Position numbers and translations under genes: made by a program
The notes under the pieces: model-generated
The model's input: the letters and a program-made list of their open reading frames with translations, nothing else
Told to the model about the DNA's origin: nothing
Database searches by the model: none
Source: Heteronotia binoei
Lineage: Eukaryota
Length of the DNA stretch: 64,000 nt
NCBI RefSeq assembly: GCF_032191835.1
Contig: NC_083237.1
Coordinates: 25,048,001-25,112,000 of the forward strand
Direction of reading: 5' to 3'
Part shown: in pieces, positions 38,612 through 51,109 of the stretch
How the letters are laid out: each line of letters opens with the position of its first letter
Numbering within the stretch: position 1 is the first letter of the stretch

Positions 38612-41600
38612 ATGATCCGAATTCATGTCCTGGAGGAAAAGGCTTTTGTGTGGAATTCCAGTGATGCACAGCGTATCCGAGAAGAACACCGCATTGTTGG
38701 TACACTGGTTGGGGCGCTGGCTCGGAAGCCACAGCAGAATGCGAGGCTGGGCCTTCCCCTCCAGTTGCTCCCAGAAGAGACCCGGCTGTTGGCAGAGAAG
38801 GGGGTGGCGACCTTGCTTAAAAACCTGACTTTACAGCCCCTGGCAGATGATGCAGGCCAGGTAATGGCTGATCTGATCTTCGACAGTCCCCTACAAGGAT
38901 AAACCCCATATCCCTCCTGGTAGATCTGGTGTTGGCTTGGATGAGTGTAAAAGATGGACCATACAGATACCATTGTCTCCGTAGAATGGATCAGTATTTT
39001 GCCATCTTTTCAGACCCAGGAGCCCTCCTACACCTTGAATGACAGGATGGGCTCTACCAGTTAAGTCTTCCCTCCTATTTGCCTGTTTCCTCCCACCCCC
39101 CAATCTCTTTTTAGGGAACCCAGAGGCAAAGAATGGCTAAAGTCCTTGTTTCGTAGAGGTATAAGAAGAGGGAAATCCTACAGTGCAGCAGAGGGTAACA
39201 AAGCTCCATCTACCAAAACATTTTCTTCCACACTGAAGGATGGTTGAAAATAAAGCCACTCACTATTCCTTCCCCTTCTCTTTAAGCCTGTTAGGTTAAA
39301 ACATGATCCAGTGGCAGGTTGATAAACATATGTCCATCACATAGAATCATAAAATTGGAAGGAACCTCCAAGGTCATCTAGTCCAACCCCCTGCCCAATG
39401 CATGGAATTCACAAATTCCACCCTGCCCCCCCGTCAATAGTGACCCCTGTTCAATGCACAGAAGATGGCAAAAAAACTTCCAGGATCTCTGCCCAAACTG
39501 GTCTGGAGAAAAATACCTTCCTTATCCCAAAGTGGCAATTGACATTTCCCTGGGCATGTAAGAAAGGGCCACAGGCACCAAGCCCTGATGCAACCCTTCC
39601 TGTCCTCCCCCACATGATCTGCCTAAATTCTTTTAATCTCCAGCTCTACCATGTTTTTCTTCTGTGCTCTGCCTTACTAATAATAATAATAATATTTTAT
39701 TTTTATATCCCGCCCTCCCCGCCAGGCGGGCTCAGGGCGGCTAACAGACATGGGGTCTGTGTGTGTTCCAACTAGTGCTGGGAAGGCATCTGCTGGCTTT
39801 TTTATACTCAAAGGAAAGGGGCTTTTTCTGTGTCCCAGTTGCCTTTGCTGCAGAGTAGTGGGTTAACTCCACTATGTCCTGAACCCCCCTCTCCCTTATT
39901 TACCTGAATGCCCAGTTTCATGAAGACTTCCGAGGAACTTGAAAACCCAGGATTTTGGCTGGAACTTCAGTTCCCAAGAGCCAATTTAAAAATGCAGGCA
40001 GGCAAGTGAAACACTCTTTATGACTTCCTGCTCTCCATCCATCACGTTCCCAATGCACCGGTATTTGGGGAGCAATGTTCCCTCTAAGCTGTGGAGCAAA
40101 AATTCCACTTTGTGAGCTACTGGCATTAAAGTTGTGAGTGAGCAATTTTGTTACTGCATAATTCAGTTTCCTCTTGAGCCATCCTTCCTGAGGACAAAAA
40201 TGTGTGAGCTGGAGGCTAAAAAACTGAGCAAGCTCACACTAACTCAGTTTAGAGGGAACACTGTTGGGGATCAGGACACTTGTGGCTTGCATGGCTCCCT
40301 GGTCCTCTCCCCAGAGTATACAAATTCTTCTTTATTTTTTTATTCCTAGTTGGGGTGAGGAACTAATCCAGACTTTTCAACAGTTCCAGAAATGGATCTG
40401 GGGAAAAGTCTGAAGTTAGAAATCTGGCCAACCTGACACATTTGCAGTAACCCTGTGGAAATGGATAAAATGCAGTTTGAGGCCCAAACTCTGGGACGCA
40501 GAAGTGGAGAAAGGGTGGCACTGAGCTTGCCTGCCTGCGTTTGCAGGATCCCTTGTTCTTGGAGGCTGTGGCTGCCTACGAAAAGGAGCAAGAGGAGAGC
40601 TATCAGGAGCAACTCAGACTTGCTGGTGAACAAAGGAAGGCCTTGATGGGCACTCTGGCTGAACGCATAGCGGAGGGTCGGGCAAAGAAACGGCAACGGA
40701 GAGGGGAAGAAGCAAGTGAGTGTAGTTCTTCTGCTATATGGGGCCTTTGCATTGGGTAAGGAGATGGGGAGAGTCCGGAAGGATATGAAAACAGCTAGAC
40801 TGGCCTGGATGAATCCTATATCTCCCTTCTCTATCCATGGCAAGGATGCTGGAAACATCCCACATGATACTATAAATATTCCTTAATTCCATTTCTGGCT
40901 TTGAAGGTGTTAGGATTCCATACATTAGCACTGAAGCTGTGAATGCTATAAACAGAAACAAGTTTTCCCACTTTCTGTCATAACCTTTGAATCACCTAAT
41001 GAAATTAAAAGCAGATGGTGAGAAAACTGTCCTTTGCAGAGCAGATAATTTTGTGTTAAGGGGCACTGCCAGAAGACATGGTGGCAGCTACTAGCTTAAA
41101 AGGGGGATTGGATGTTCATGGAGGAAGAGGACTATCAGCTGCTATGGAGCATGATAAGAAAGAGAATGGAACCTCCAGGGCTTTTTTTGTAAGAGAAACT
41201 CCTTTGCATATTAGAGTCATGGAGTAAAAGGACAGGTCCTCTTGTGGATCAAAAACTGGCTGAGTAATAGGAAGCAGAGAGTGAGTATAAATGGGCAGTC
41301 TTCGCAGTGGAGGACGGTAAGCAGTGGGATGCCGCAGGGCTCGGTACTGGGTCCCATGCTCTTTAACTTGTTCATAAATGATTTAGAGTTTGGAGTGAGC
41401 AGTGAAGTGGCCAAGTTTGCGGATGACACTAAATTGTTCAGGGTGGTGAGAACCAGAGAGGATTGTGAGGCACTCCAGAGGGATCTGTTGAGTCTGGGTG
41501 AGTGGGCGTCAGCGTGGCAGATGCGGTTCAATGTGGCCAAGTGCAAAGTAATGCACATTGGGGCTAAGAATCCCAGCTACAAATACAAGTTGATGGGGTG

Positions 41601-44600
41601 TGAACTGGCAGAGACTGACCAAGAGAGAGATCTTGGGGTCGTGGTAGATAACTCACTGAAAATGTCAAGACAGTGTGCGTTTGCAATAAAAAAGGCCAAC
41701 GCCATGCTGGGAATTATTAGGAAGGGAATTGAAAACAAATCAGCCAGTATCATAATGTTCCTGTATAAATCGATGGTGCGGTCTCATTTGGAGTACTGTG
41801 TGCAGTTCTGGTCACCACACCTCAAAAAGGATATTATAGCATTGGAGAAAGTCCAGAAAAGGGCAACTAGAATGATTAAAGGGCTGGAACACTTTCCCTA
41901 TGAAGAAAGGTTTAAATGCTTGGGACTCTTTAGCTTGGAAAAACATCGACTGCGGGGTGACATGATAGAGGTTTGCAAGATAAAGCATGGGATGGAGAAA
42001 GTAGAGAAAGAAGTACTTTTCTCCCTTTCTCACAATACAAGAACTCGTGGGCATTCAATGAAATTGCTGAGCAGACAGGTTAAAACGGATAAAAGGAAGT
42101 ACTTCTTCACCCAAAGGGTGATTAACATTTGGAATTCACTGCCACAGGAGGTGGTGGCAGCCACAAGCATAGCCACCTTCAAGAGGGGTTTAGATAGAAA
42201 TATGGAGCAGAGGTCCATCAGTGGCTATTAGCCACAGTGTGTGTGTGTGTGTATATATATATATAAATTTTTTTTGCCACTTTGTGACACAAGAGTGTTG
42301 GACTGGATGGGCCATTGGCCTGATCTAACATGGCTTCTCTTATGTTCTTATGTTATGTTCTTATTAGGGCTCTCCTGATGTAGCCAGTCCTCCAAGAGCT
42401 TACAGGGCTCTTAACACAGGGCCTACTGTAAGCTCCAGGAGGATTGGCTACATTAGGGATTTGTGGCCTAATATGCTAAGGAGTTCCTGCTACAAAAAAA
42501 GCCCTGGGAACTTCCCTATATTATGGCAGTATACCTCCAACCAGGGCTTTTTTTTTAACTCCTTTGCATATTAGACCCCCCCCCTCCGTTGTAGCCAATC
42601 TTCAAGAGTTTACAGTAGGCCCTTTACTAAGAGCCCTGTAAGCTTCTGGAGGATTGGCTATATCAAGTGTGTGTGGCCTAATATGCAAAGGAGTTCCTGC
42701 TAAAAAAAAAAGCCCTGCCTCCAGCTGACAGATGCCAGAGACAAACAGGCTGTTGGCTTGTGGACTTCCTAGATACATTTGGCTGGCCGCTGCTAGAAAT
42801 GAGATGTGGGAGGCCTTGGATGGATCAAGCAGCACTTCGGAGGTAGCATTATATGCACCAAATGTGCTGCAGAGCATCCTACATCTTGACTCTTATTTTT
42901 GAATTTTTATTTCTAAATTTAGATTTTGGTACTGTCAACAGCCACCATAATTTACAGTGATATTCTCTGCTCACTGGGTGTATGTGTTTCAACCAGAACT
43001 CAGCCTAAACTGAGAATGTAAGAGCAACCATGCTAGATCAAAGAAATCTTCCATTTAATCCAGCAATGGACTAGGCTCAGTTCTGGACTCTTTAGGTTTT
43101 TCCTAAAGAATTAATTAGCTGTCAGTTTTTAACTTGTATACTGTTTTTATGATACTTTTTACATCTGGGTTAGGGCAATTAACAAATCTAATAAATAATA
43201 ATAGTAGTAGCTCAGATAAATCTTTTTTGCCATAATACTGAAAACCAATTATCTGGAAGTTTAAAAACTGTGCATATGGGTCTATTTTGAATTGGTAATG
43301 TAAGCAGCTTCTTATTCGGTATTTATCATCATGTACATACGAAATAAAAAGAAATTAAAAGTTGCTCAGACTAGGCATAAACTTGATTTGTATTTGTTCT
43401 TTCTCCTCTCGCCAGTGGTTTTATTTGCATGGTGTTCTTAATTATTATTTTATGTCTCCTTATAATGAAAGGTTATTTTCAAATGTTGTTCTGGGTCTCT
43501 GACCTGCATCTCCAAGAACTGTTTCTGAGGTTAATGGCTCCTAAAACAATTTATATACAACCATAACATATCGTTTATGTAGAAATGCATCCTGAGCGCA
43601 GGTGATATCTAATGTTCCCTCTAAGCTGGGAACACATGGAGTCGTGTGAGCAAAAATTCTGTTTTGCGAACTACTGGCATTAAAGCTGTGAGCTACTGCA
43701 TAAATTAGTTTGCTCCAGGGCCATATTCCCTGAGCTAAGACAAAAATGTGTGAGCTGGAGGCTCATCTTAGAACAGGGGTGGTCAAACTTGCTTAATGCA
43801 AGAGCCACATAGAATAAGGGAGGGAGGAAAATAGATGGGGGAGGGGGAAATAAAGCAACTTTAACATTAAATGTATTCTCCAACCTGCTGGCTGGCTTGG
43901 AGAAGTGATTTAAAGAGACAAATGCTTTCTTCAAGCAGGCCAATGGGGCAGTGGGGGCTTCGAGAGCTGCACAATATGTGTGAAAGAGCCACTTGTGGCT
44001 CCTGAGCCGCAATTTGGCCATCCTGGCTTAGAGGGAACAGAGGTGATACCTGTAGATACCTTAAATAGCTAGGAGGAATGTTGCTAGAAATGTTTCTCCA
44101 TCCAGTTTTTCCATGCTGGATGCAGGAATATTCACTTTTGCTTTTTTCCCCAGATCCTCTGTCAGAACCTGCAGACCTGGAACCTCGTTTTGTGTTTCCC
44201 CGGGAAGCTATGATGGTCCAACTCCCAACAGAGCGGACCCAACGAGGACAAGAAGAGGAGGTGGACTGGCGTTTGCCCTCCAAAGAGTGGCCATACAGTG
44301 GACAACCAGAGCACGAGATGCGTTACCGTGTTTTCCAGAACCTTTGGGAACGAGGCTACTATATCACCAGTGGGAGCAAATTTGGGGGCGACTTCCTTGT
44401 TTATCCAGGTAGAGAAAATGACTGGGGCTGGCAGGGAGTTGGCGGTACTGTAGTTAAAACGTATTAAAAATCTGGAGTAAGGACATATCTGTAGGAAATT
44501 ATTAAGCTTCCCATCAGTTTTCCTGTCCCACAGTCCCAGCAGCAGACTTTCAATCATGCCTGTCATAGCTATTTGGTGTAGTGGTTAAGTGTGCAGACTC

Positions 44601-45433
44601 TAATCTGGGAGGTTTGATTCCCCACTCCTTCACGTGCAGTTGCTGATGTGACCTTGGTCAGTTCAGTTCTGGAAAGAGCTGCTTTCTTGAAAGAGCTCTC
44701 TCAACCCCACCTACCACACAGGGAGAGGAAGGGAAAGGAGATTGTAAGCTGCTCTGAGACTCCAAGTAAGGGACAGGATCAGTGTTCCCTCTAGGCTGAG
44801 TTAGTGTGAGCTAGCTCACCATTTTTTAGCCTCTGGCTCATGCATTTTTATCTCAGCTCAGGAAAAATAGTCCTAGAGCAAGCTAATTTATGCAGTAGCT
44901 CACAACTTTAATGCTAGTGACTCACGAAGTAGAATTTTTGCTCACAAAACTACAGCTTAGAGGGAACATTGGACAGGATACAAATCTAATCTCTTCTGCT
45001 CCCAGTCTCTAGGGAATGGCAGTTAGCAGAGAAATCTTTCAGAGCCTCACTTGCAGAACTGACACTCCCAGAGTTCATATGGGGTTTGTTAGCCTCGGAG
45101 AAGTGCATAATACTTGTGTTCGGACATAGAGACATTATTGCTATGCAGGAACATGCACCCATTTGTTCTTGAATATAAAGAGATCTTTCCTAAGTGAGAC
45201 TGGGCATTCTTTCTCTGGTAATCCTTCTGCCTCCCACCCTAACAGGTGACCCCATGAGGTTCCATGCCCATTTTATCGCCCTCTGCATGCCTCGAGATGC
45301 GCCCCTCTCCTTATGTGACATCATCAGCGTGGGACGGCTTGGCAGCAATGTCAAGAAGACGGTTCTTCTCTGCTCTGTGGACGAGGACGGGACTGTGGCA
45401 TACACATCTTTGCAGTGGAGTGGGATGCAGTGA
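38612..45433 (+). CDS. TSEN34: tRNA-splicing endonuclease subunit Sen34, 4 coding exons, 286 aa
   Basis: Exons: 38612-38860, 40547-40715, 44154-44408, 45246-45433; total 861 nt. Motifs [56 protein letters not shown] (catalytic Tyr/His) and GRLGSNVKKT. Confidence 0.95.
40073..40263. mobile_element. hAT MITE (CAGTGTTCCCTCTAAGCTG family)
   Basis: TIR CA(A/G)TGTTCCCTCTAA / TTAGAGGGAACA(C/T)TG, TSD TTGGGGA(G/T). Other copies at 17390-17580, ~43610-43770 and 44780-44971 (perfect TSD GACAGGAT). Confidence 0.85.
41215..42361 (+). mobile_element. CR1 LINE, 5'-truncated, with uninterrupted RT C-terminal ORF (to 42231) and 3' UTR
   Basis: WIKNWLSNRKQRV...SGMPQGSVLGPMLFNLFINDL...KFADDTKL...LEKVQKRATRMIKGL...RKYFFTQRVINIWNSLP; (TATGTTCT)n tail; TATTAG duplicated at 41209-41214 and 42362-42367. 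Confidence 0.93.
42542..42717. mobile_element. Palindromic hAT MITE (CAGGGCTTTT family)
   Basis: TIRs as in 26630-26810; TSD CCTCCAAC / CCTCCAGC. Confidence 0.85.
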
Positions 45434-46503
45434 GAACAGACTGGCTGTCATTAACGTGTGCTAAGACTGCTGAGGTCTTGCTGTGTCATTCCAACAAGTG
45501 AGGGGTTCGTGTTCCTCATCCAAGGCTGCCCCAGGCTGCCTTGCCTCATAAGCAGTCCTTATTCAACATTTCAACTGCAGAAGCAGTTGCAATAATTCTT
45601 AGCCGTTCTAGAGGCAGCTGCAGAGCGTGGAGTGGGGTAGGAGCGCTCCATATCTAGAAAGGGATAGATTGTGTTTCTGCCAGGCTGCCACCGACATCCT
45701 TGGCCACAGTATGAAAGTAACATCTCTTTTTAGCCCTGCCTTGTCTCTTTTACCTGCTCAGAGCTGAGAGGGCAGGGAATATTATCTGGAAACAAAAGCA
45801 GTTCTCGCCTTAGGTGGCCAACACAATGAAGTAATTCCAACTGTGTAGTACTATGCTAATATGTTTTTTATTACTTTAAAGTACAATAATTGTGCTGTTA
45901 TACACTTCATATCCGCTTCAGGGAACACTAACATGATAATCAACACGGAGGTACCCATTGAGTCTGTACACCCAAAGGGCTAAATTCCAGTGCCCTACAG
46001 TGGAAAAAGTTCCAGTGGTACCGAAAGCTGCACTGAAGTCTCTTCCAAATCTGATAATGATGGGTAGGGTTTCTGAAAATATGGGAGTTCACTGCAGCTT
46101 TTTGGTACTACTGGAACTGTTTCCACCTGAAGCCCTTTGGATCTATACAAGCACAACAGACACTCTCCTTGTTGACTGTCATGTTATCGTTCCCTGTAGT
46201 GATTATGATGTGAATAATGACACAAATATTGTATTTTAAGGAGATAAAAACATTGTATTATATGCTACATAGCTGAAACTACTTCACTGTATTGGCTCTT
46301 TACAGCTGTGGTTTCTTTGGTTTGTTCATGTGGTCAATAGTAGCTCTCTTTATTTTTACGATACAAATATGGGGTATCAGATGAGCCCTTCTGCCAGCAA
46401 GACAGATGCTTCTTTGAGGGCCAGGCCTGCAGGCAGCTAAGCAGCTCAGAAGGTGCACAGAACCACATAAAAGAGTCTGGCAGAAGGGACCAATTGCAAA
46501 TAA

Positions 46504-46509
46504 TTTATT
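46504..46509 (-). terminator. Candidate GRWD1 polyadenylation signal
   Basis: TTTATT on + strand, ~385 nt after the GRWD1 stop. Confidence 0.45.
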
Positions 46510-46894
46510 TGATTAAATGCAAATCTTCCTGTTCTAGCTTGTTCTTTGTAGAGGAACTTATGTTTGGAGGGATTCAGCCAAATGGATCTTCCCTCCACTT
46601 GAGGAAGCTGTTTTGGCACAGAATGAGAGAACTGTTTAAAATTGACACACAGCTAATTCTGTCACTGGAAGACAGAAAAGCAGAGGATCCTCGTTGCCAG
46701 CTTAGGTGAGGGTAGCTGTGGAGACTTCCTTTCCTAAATGAATTAATTCAGCCCACAAAAGAAGCCGTTTTGAAAAGTTTCGAGTCCACAGGATGATCTC
46801 CATCTTGAAATAGGCACCGCGGAAGGGTCATCTGAAGAAAGCCAGTCTGAAGTTATCAGGGGACAAGAAGCTGCCATTTTGAAAGCCTCTCCTC

Positions 46895-49800
46895 TCAGAC
46901 ACTGATCGTTCGAAAGATGTTGAAGCCAGACAGTGCCGTGGTGACGAGGATGCCAGGGCACTGGGGATGCCAGTGCAGCTCCTTAATGTCATTCTCTCCT
47001 TGGTGAACAAACAGCAACTGGGGTGGGATGGAGGCCAAAACAGGGTCCTCACCCTCATCTGTGTTGTCTCGCTCCACAGCCAAGTCCCACTGAGTCACCT
47101 GGTCATCGGCACCAGATGCCGCAAACACGCCACTGTCCGTAGGGTGCCATTCAACAGAGGTGATGGGGGCCGTGTGCTGCTTGAAGGTGGCAACAGGCAA
47201 ACCATTCTATGGAGAGAGGAAAGATCAAAAGGATTGTTTGGGCCGAGGGTTGGCAATAGCGGCCAAAAACTGGGAGGGCGGAAAAAAGATGCAGCATGCA
47301 GCAGTGAAAGTAACTTACCTTGAACTGCCGCAGGTCCCATATTTTTAGGGCTCCATCATCACCACCACTAACAATAAAGGGCTCATTTCGGTTCCAGCTG
47401 ATTACATTGACATCTGCGTTGTGTGCCTGGCTGGTGGTCAGCATGCAAGCTTGCCCGGGGGCTGCCCTTATATCCCAGATCTTGATGGAGGCATCCGCAG
47501 AGCATGATGCAAAAACCTGTCCCAAAAACAAGGTGAAGGGATTGGTACACAAGGCACAGCTGTAACCTCATCCAGTGACAAGACTCCTATGAATCCGTAT
47601 AGCTTAGCATCAGAAGCACTCAGTGCCTTGCAGATCTGTATAAGCTTTGCTTTGCATATTTTGATCACTGCTTGGAAGTGGTGCAGAGTAAAGGTTACTA
47701 GTATCTAGGTTACTGCTAGGTACTAGTAATCTCTGCTCTGCACCGCCTCCAAGCAGTGATCAAAATATGCAAAGCAAAGCTTATACAGATGCTCACTTTG
47801 CAACTGATGTTGAACATATGAACATATGAAGCTGCCTTATACTGAATCAGACCCTTGGTCCATCAAAGTCAGTATTGTCTTCTCAGACTGGCAGCGGCTC
47901 TCCAGGGTCTCAAGCTGAGGATTTTCACACCTATTTGCCTGGACGCTTTTTTGGAGATGCCAGGGATTGAACCTGGGACCTTCTGCTTCCCAAGCAGATG
48001 CTCAACCACTGAGCCACAGTTCCTCCCCAGCATATCTAATGCTGCAAGGCCACAGCATGGTTAATTTAAAAATGCACAGAAGCTCTTTAATGCTAACCGT
48101 CTTTCCACCATTTAGAGCACATCTTAATAATGAGGACATAGAAAAACTGAAGCAAAAAAGGCTTTTTCTAAAGTTGGGTGGTGGGGGGTTTGTTTTCCAG
48201 AGCATTCACATTCTCACGGCATATGTACAATGGGGCAATGATTGCTCTGAGGTCCCTGCAGAATTTGTATGCAGCTAGAACTCACTGTGGCTTCATTCGG
48301 AGACCACTGCAAGTCTTCCACTGACGAAGTGTGGGCAGTGAAAGGCCGCTGATCTACAAACCACGAGCCATCCTCCTTAGGTGTCCACAAATGGATATTT
48401 TTGTTGCAGTCTCCAGTTAGAAGAGTACCTGAAATGGAATACACCGAGTATCTTGAATTGTAGTCCAACTGCCTTAAAGTCTTCCCATTTTTTTGGCAAG
48501 GCCAATGACAGCCTGCACCCCTAGCATTCCCCGTCCCAATTACCTGGTTTCTTGGGGGACCAGTCCATGGCAAACCCTTCTGTCATATGCCCAGCAAAGG
48601 AGAAGATGGGTTTGATTTTAGCCTGCTGTTCTCGCAGGAAGTAAGCCATCATTTGAGAGTCTGACACAGCAACTAGGGCATCTTGTAGGTTGTATAGTTC
48701 CACCTGACCTTTCTCAGACCAAACAGCTGCAATCTGTGACCCACCGAATTCTGTCACCTATTAATAAAAAAACAGATTTATTAGATTGGAGAGCTGGGCT
48801 ACAGAGAATAGAAGATGGTTAACTGGGCAGGGAGTGTGAGTCATACCTGAACTCTGTTAATGCCCCCATAATGGGGGATCATGGCCAGTTCCAGCTGGGG
48901 TTTCTTCTCTTCATCTTCGTCATCATCTTCACTGTCACTGCTGCTCTCTGACCCCAAACCTTCCTTCCTGGCTTGTTTGGTCCCGTGGAGGTTGTGCATT
49001 TTCATAACCATCAATCTAATTGGGGAGTGGGGAGGAGATAATGGTATTTATAAGCAGATTCATGCCTGTGATCACTTAAACAGTGGTTGCTAGTTCACTG
49101 GTTGAGAGGCCCATCCTATATTTTATTGGAACATCTTTAACCACCTCTGAAAACAGATTTGAGGCAGTCTCACCTGTTGGCGTTGGCAGTTTCAGCCTGG
49201 GTTCCAGCACAAAGGAGAATACTCAATGGGTAGGTGGTTCGATTGTCGCCAAGAGAATCTTGCAAGATGTCAAAACTCAAGCAAGGAGCACCTGGGTTTA
49301 GGCAGGAAAAAAAAGAATCTGAATTTCTATCACAATACTCGTCCCATAGTCTTGTCACTAATTCAGTTCTCTTTTAGACATTCAACTGCATCTTTAGAAA
49401 AGTGGTCAAAGGGCATTAACGGGCCACTTACATGTTTCAAGTGATCACTTGTATACGCTCTGGGTCCTCTTAATCTTACCTAATAACTGAGTAGTGTAAT
49501 AACTTGATCATCAACCTGCCTCCAGGTATGTTTGTGGAAGAAGTATCTCTCAACCTAAACCCTGCCAATCCCAGCACATCTAAGGCTCACAGGACTCTCA
49601 CACCAGAGTCATAATCCAAATTCATGCCGCCCAGTTGGTTCCCATCTGCAGCACCCCATATTTCTGATCAACACATCATATTTATATATACCCAACCCTC
49701 CCAGCAGCTATCCCTTTCCACTCCCAAATGCAGAGTCCAAATACACAGCTTTCTCACCTGTTCCTGCACGGTGGTATAGCCGGTATGCTCCTTCATCCAT

Positions 49801-49980
49801 TACCAATTCTTCTCCAGACGCTGGGGGAGGACCCTGCCCGGGCACATAGACCCCTCTTCCTTGAGCCTTCCCTTTCTCTTCTTCTCCCCCTGGAATCTTC
49901 TCTTCCATTTCCATGTCTTCCTCTCCCTCATTGCTGCTGGAGCCGCTACTTTCCTCATTCCATGTGCTAGCGTCTTCCAT
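46895..49980 (-). CDS. GRWD1: Glutamate-rich WD repeat-containing protein 1 (Rrb1 homologue), 7 coding exons, 458 aa
   Basis: Exons: 49980-49758, 49291-49174, 49015-48847, 48757-48544, 48428-48286, 47516-47319, 47206-46895; total 1377 nt. Motifs [29 protein letters not shown], acidic tract, [44 protein letters not shown]. Start at caagATGG (49980) preferred over the upstream in-frame TTG. Confidence 0.95.
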
Positions 49981-49989
49981 CTTGCATAA

Positions 49990-50330
49990 GGGCAATAGCT
50001 CCGCCTACCTGTATTCTAGGGAGATTCAGCATCCCCAACTTCCGTTGTATTTCTGCGCATGCTCATACTGGGTTCCCAAGAGGGGAGTGCCATTTTGGAA
50101 AAGGGAAAGGAAGCCTGTAACCGTTTGGGAAAGTGATCAGAAATCCCTCCCGCTAGAGGTTCAAAGACATGACCTCCACCCCAAAAGCCCTTAACGGTCA
50201 AACTATCCCACCCCCCGCCGCGGCAATCAAAATGTAGGTCAGGACGTGCAAGAGCTGTATGAAGTAGCGCGGGAAGGAACTTCATTTTGTTCATAGAGTC
50301 ACTAGGATCGCCATCTTTATTAATGGGAAT
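49990..50330 (-). promoter_or_regulatory. GRWD1 proximal promoter
   Basis: ETS-like ACTTCCG (~50038), NRF1-like TGCGCATG (~50054) and YY1-like GCCATTTT (50089) and CGCCATCTT (~50309) directly upstream of the ATG. Confidence 0.6.
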
Positions 50331-51109
50331 CGGTCTCTACTCTTAGATGCGCAGTGGGACAGGGGGAAAACTTTTATTTTTAGAGATGGAGTGGGATGAT
50401 TTTTCTGAGCCCTAGGCGCAGGGCCCTAGCTAGAATTTGGAAGGGGGGGGGGGTTACATTTTTCGGGGGGCACTGATGTCCTGCCCAGTGCCCCAAACAA
50501 CCGTCCCTCTAGTGGTTCCCTCCCTGCTTGCCTCTCTCTCTTGCCACTGCACTTCCCTCCCCCCTCCCCAAACCAACTTGCTTCTGGGTTGGGGGCAGAA
50601 GCAGCCCCCAGCGCCCCCCCCCACGTTTAAGGGCCCGTGGATCAGCTGTTTCACGGGCCCTTTAACTTGTGCAGGGGCTGGGGACTGCGGAGGGTTGCAG
50701 CGAGCTCTCCAACACCCTCTCTTCCCCACCAGTGTGGGCCTGCAACAGAAGCAGGGCCTCTGAAACAGCTGATCCACAGGCCCTTTAAGTAGCGGCGGAG
50801 AGGCTGGGGGCTGCTTCTGCTGCCGGGAGCGGCTCCAGGGTGAACAGATCCTAGGCAGGTGACCCCCCCCCCCACGACCCCCCAGCCCCACACTGCTCAC
50901 CCCCACCCGCTGCCACGGTGCTCCGCTTGCGTAGGCGGTTCTAATCGAAAACAAGACTCCGCTGGCTAGGCCAGTACCTACAAGGGGGCCTGTGGGGGCA
51001 CAGCCCCCCTACTTCTGGAAGAGGCCTCTTGACTCTGGGGCCCCAACCAGCCCCTGGGGCCTCTGCCATGGTTCTAGGGCAGTGGAGAGGGGGAAAAGGT
51101 AAAAGTCGG

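Noticed and set aside
49360-49515. Possible C/D snoRNA in GRWD1 intron 1 (TGATGA ... CTGA on minus strand)
   Set aside because: Boxes are ~150 nt apart with no terminal stem and no recognisable rRNA guide.
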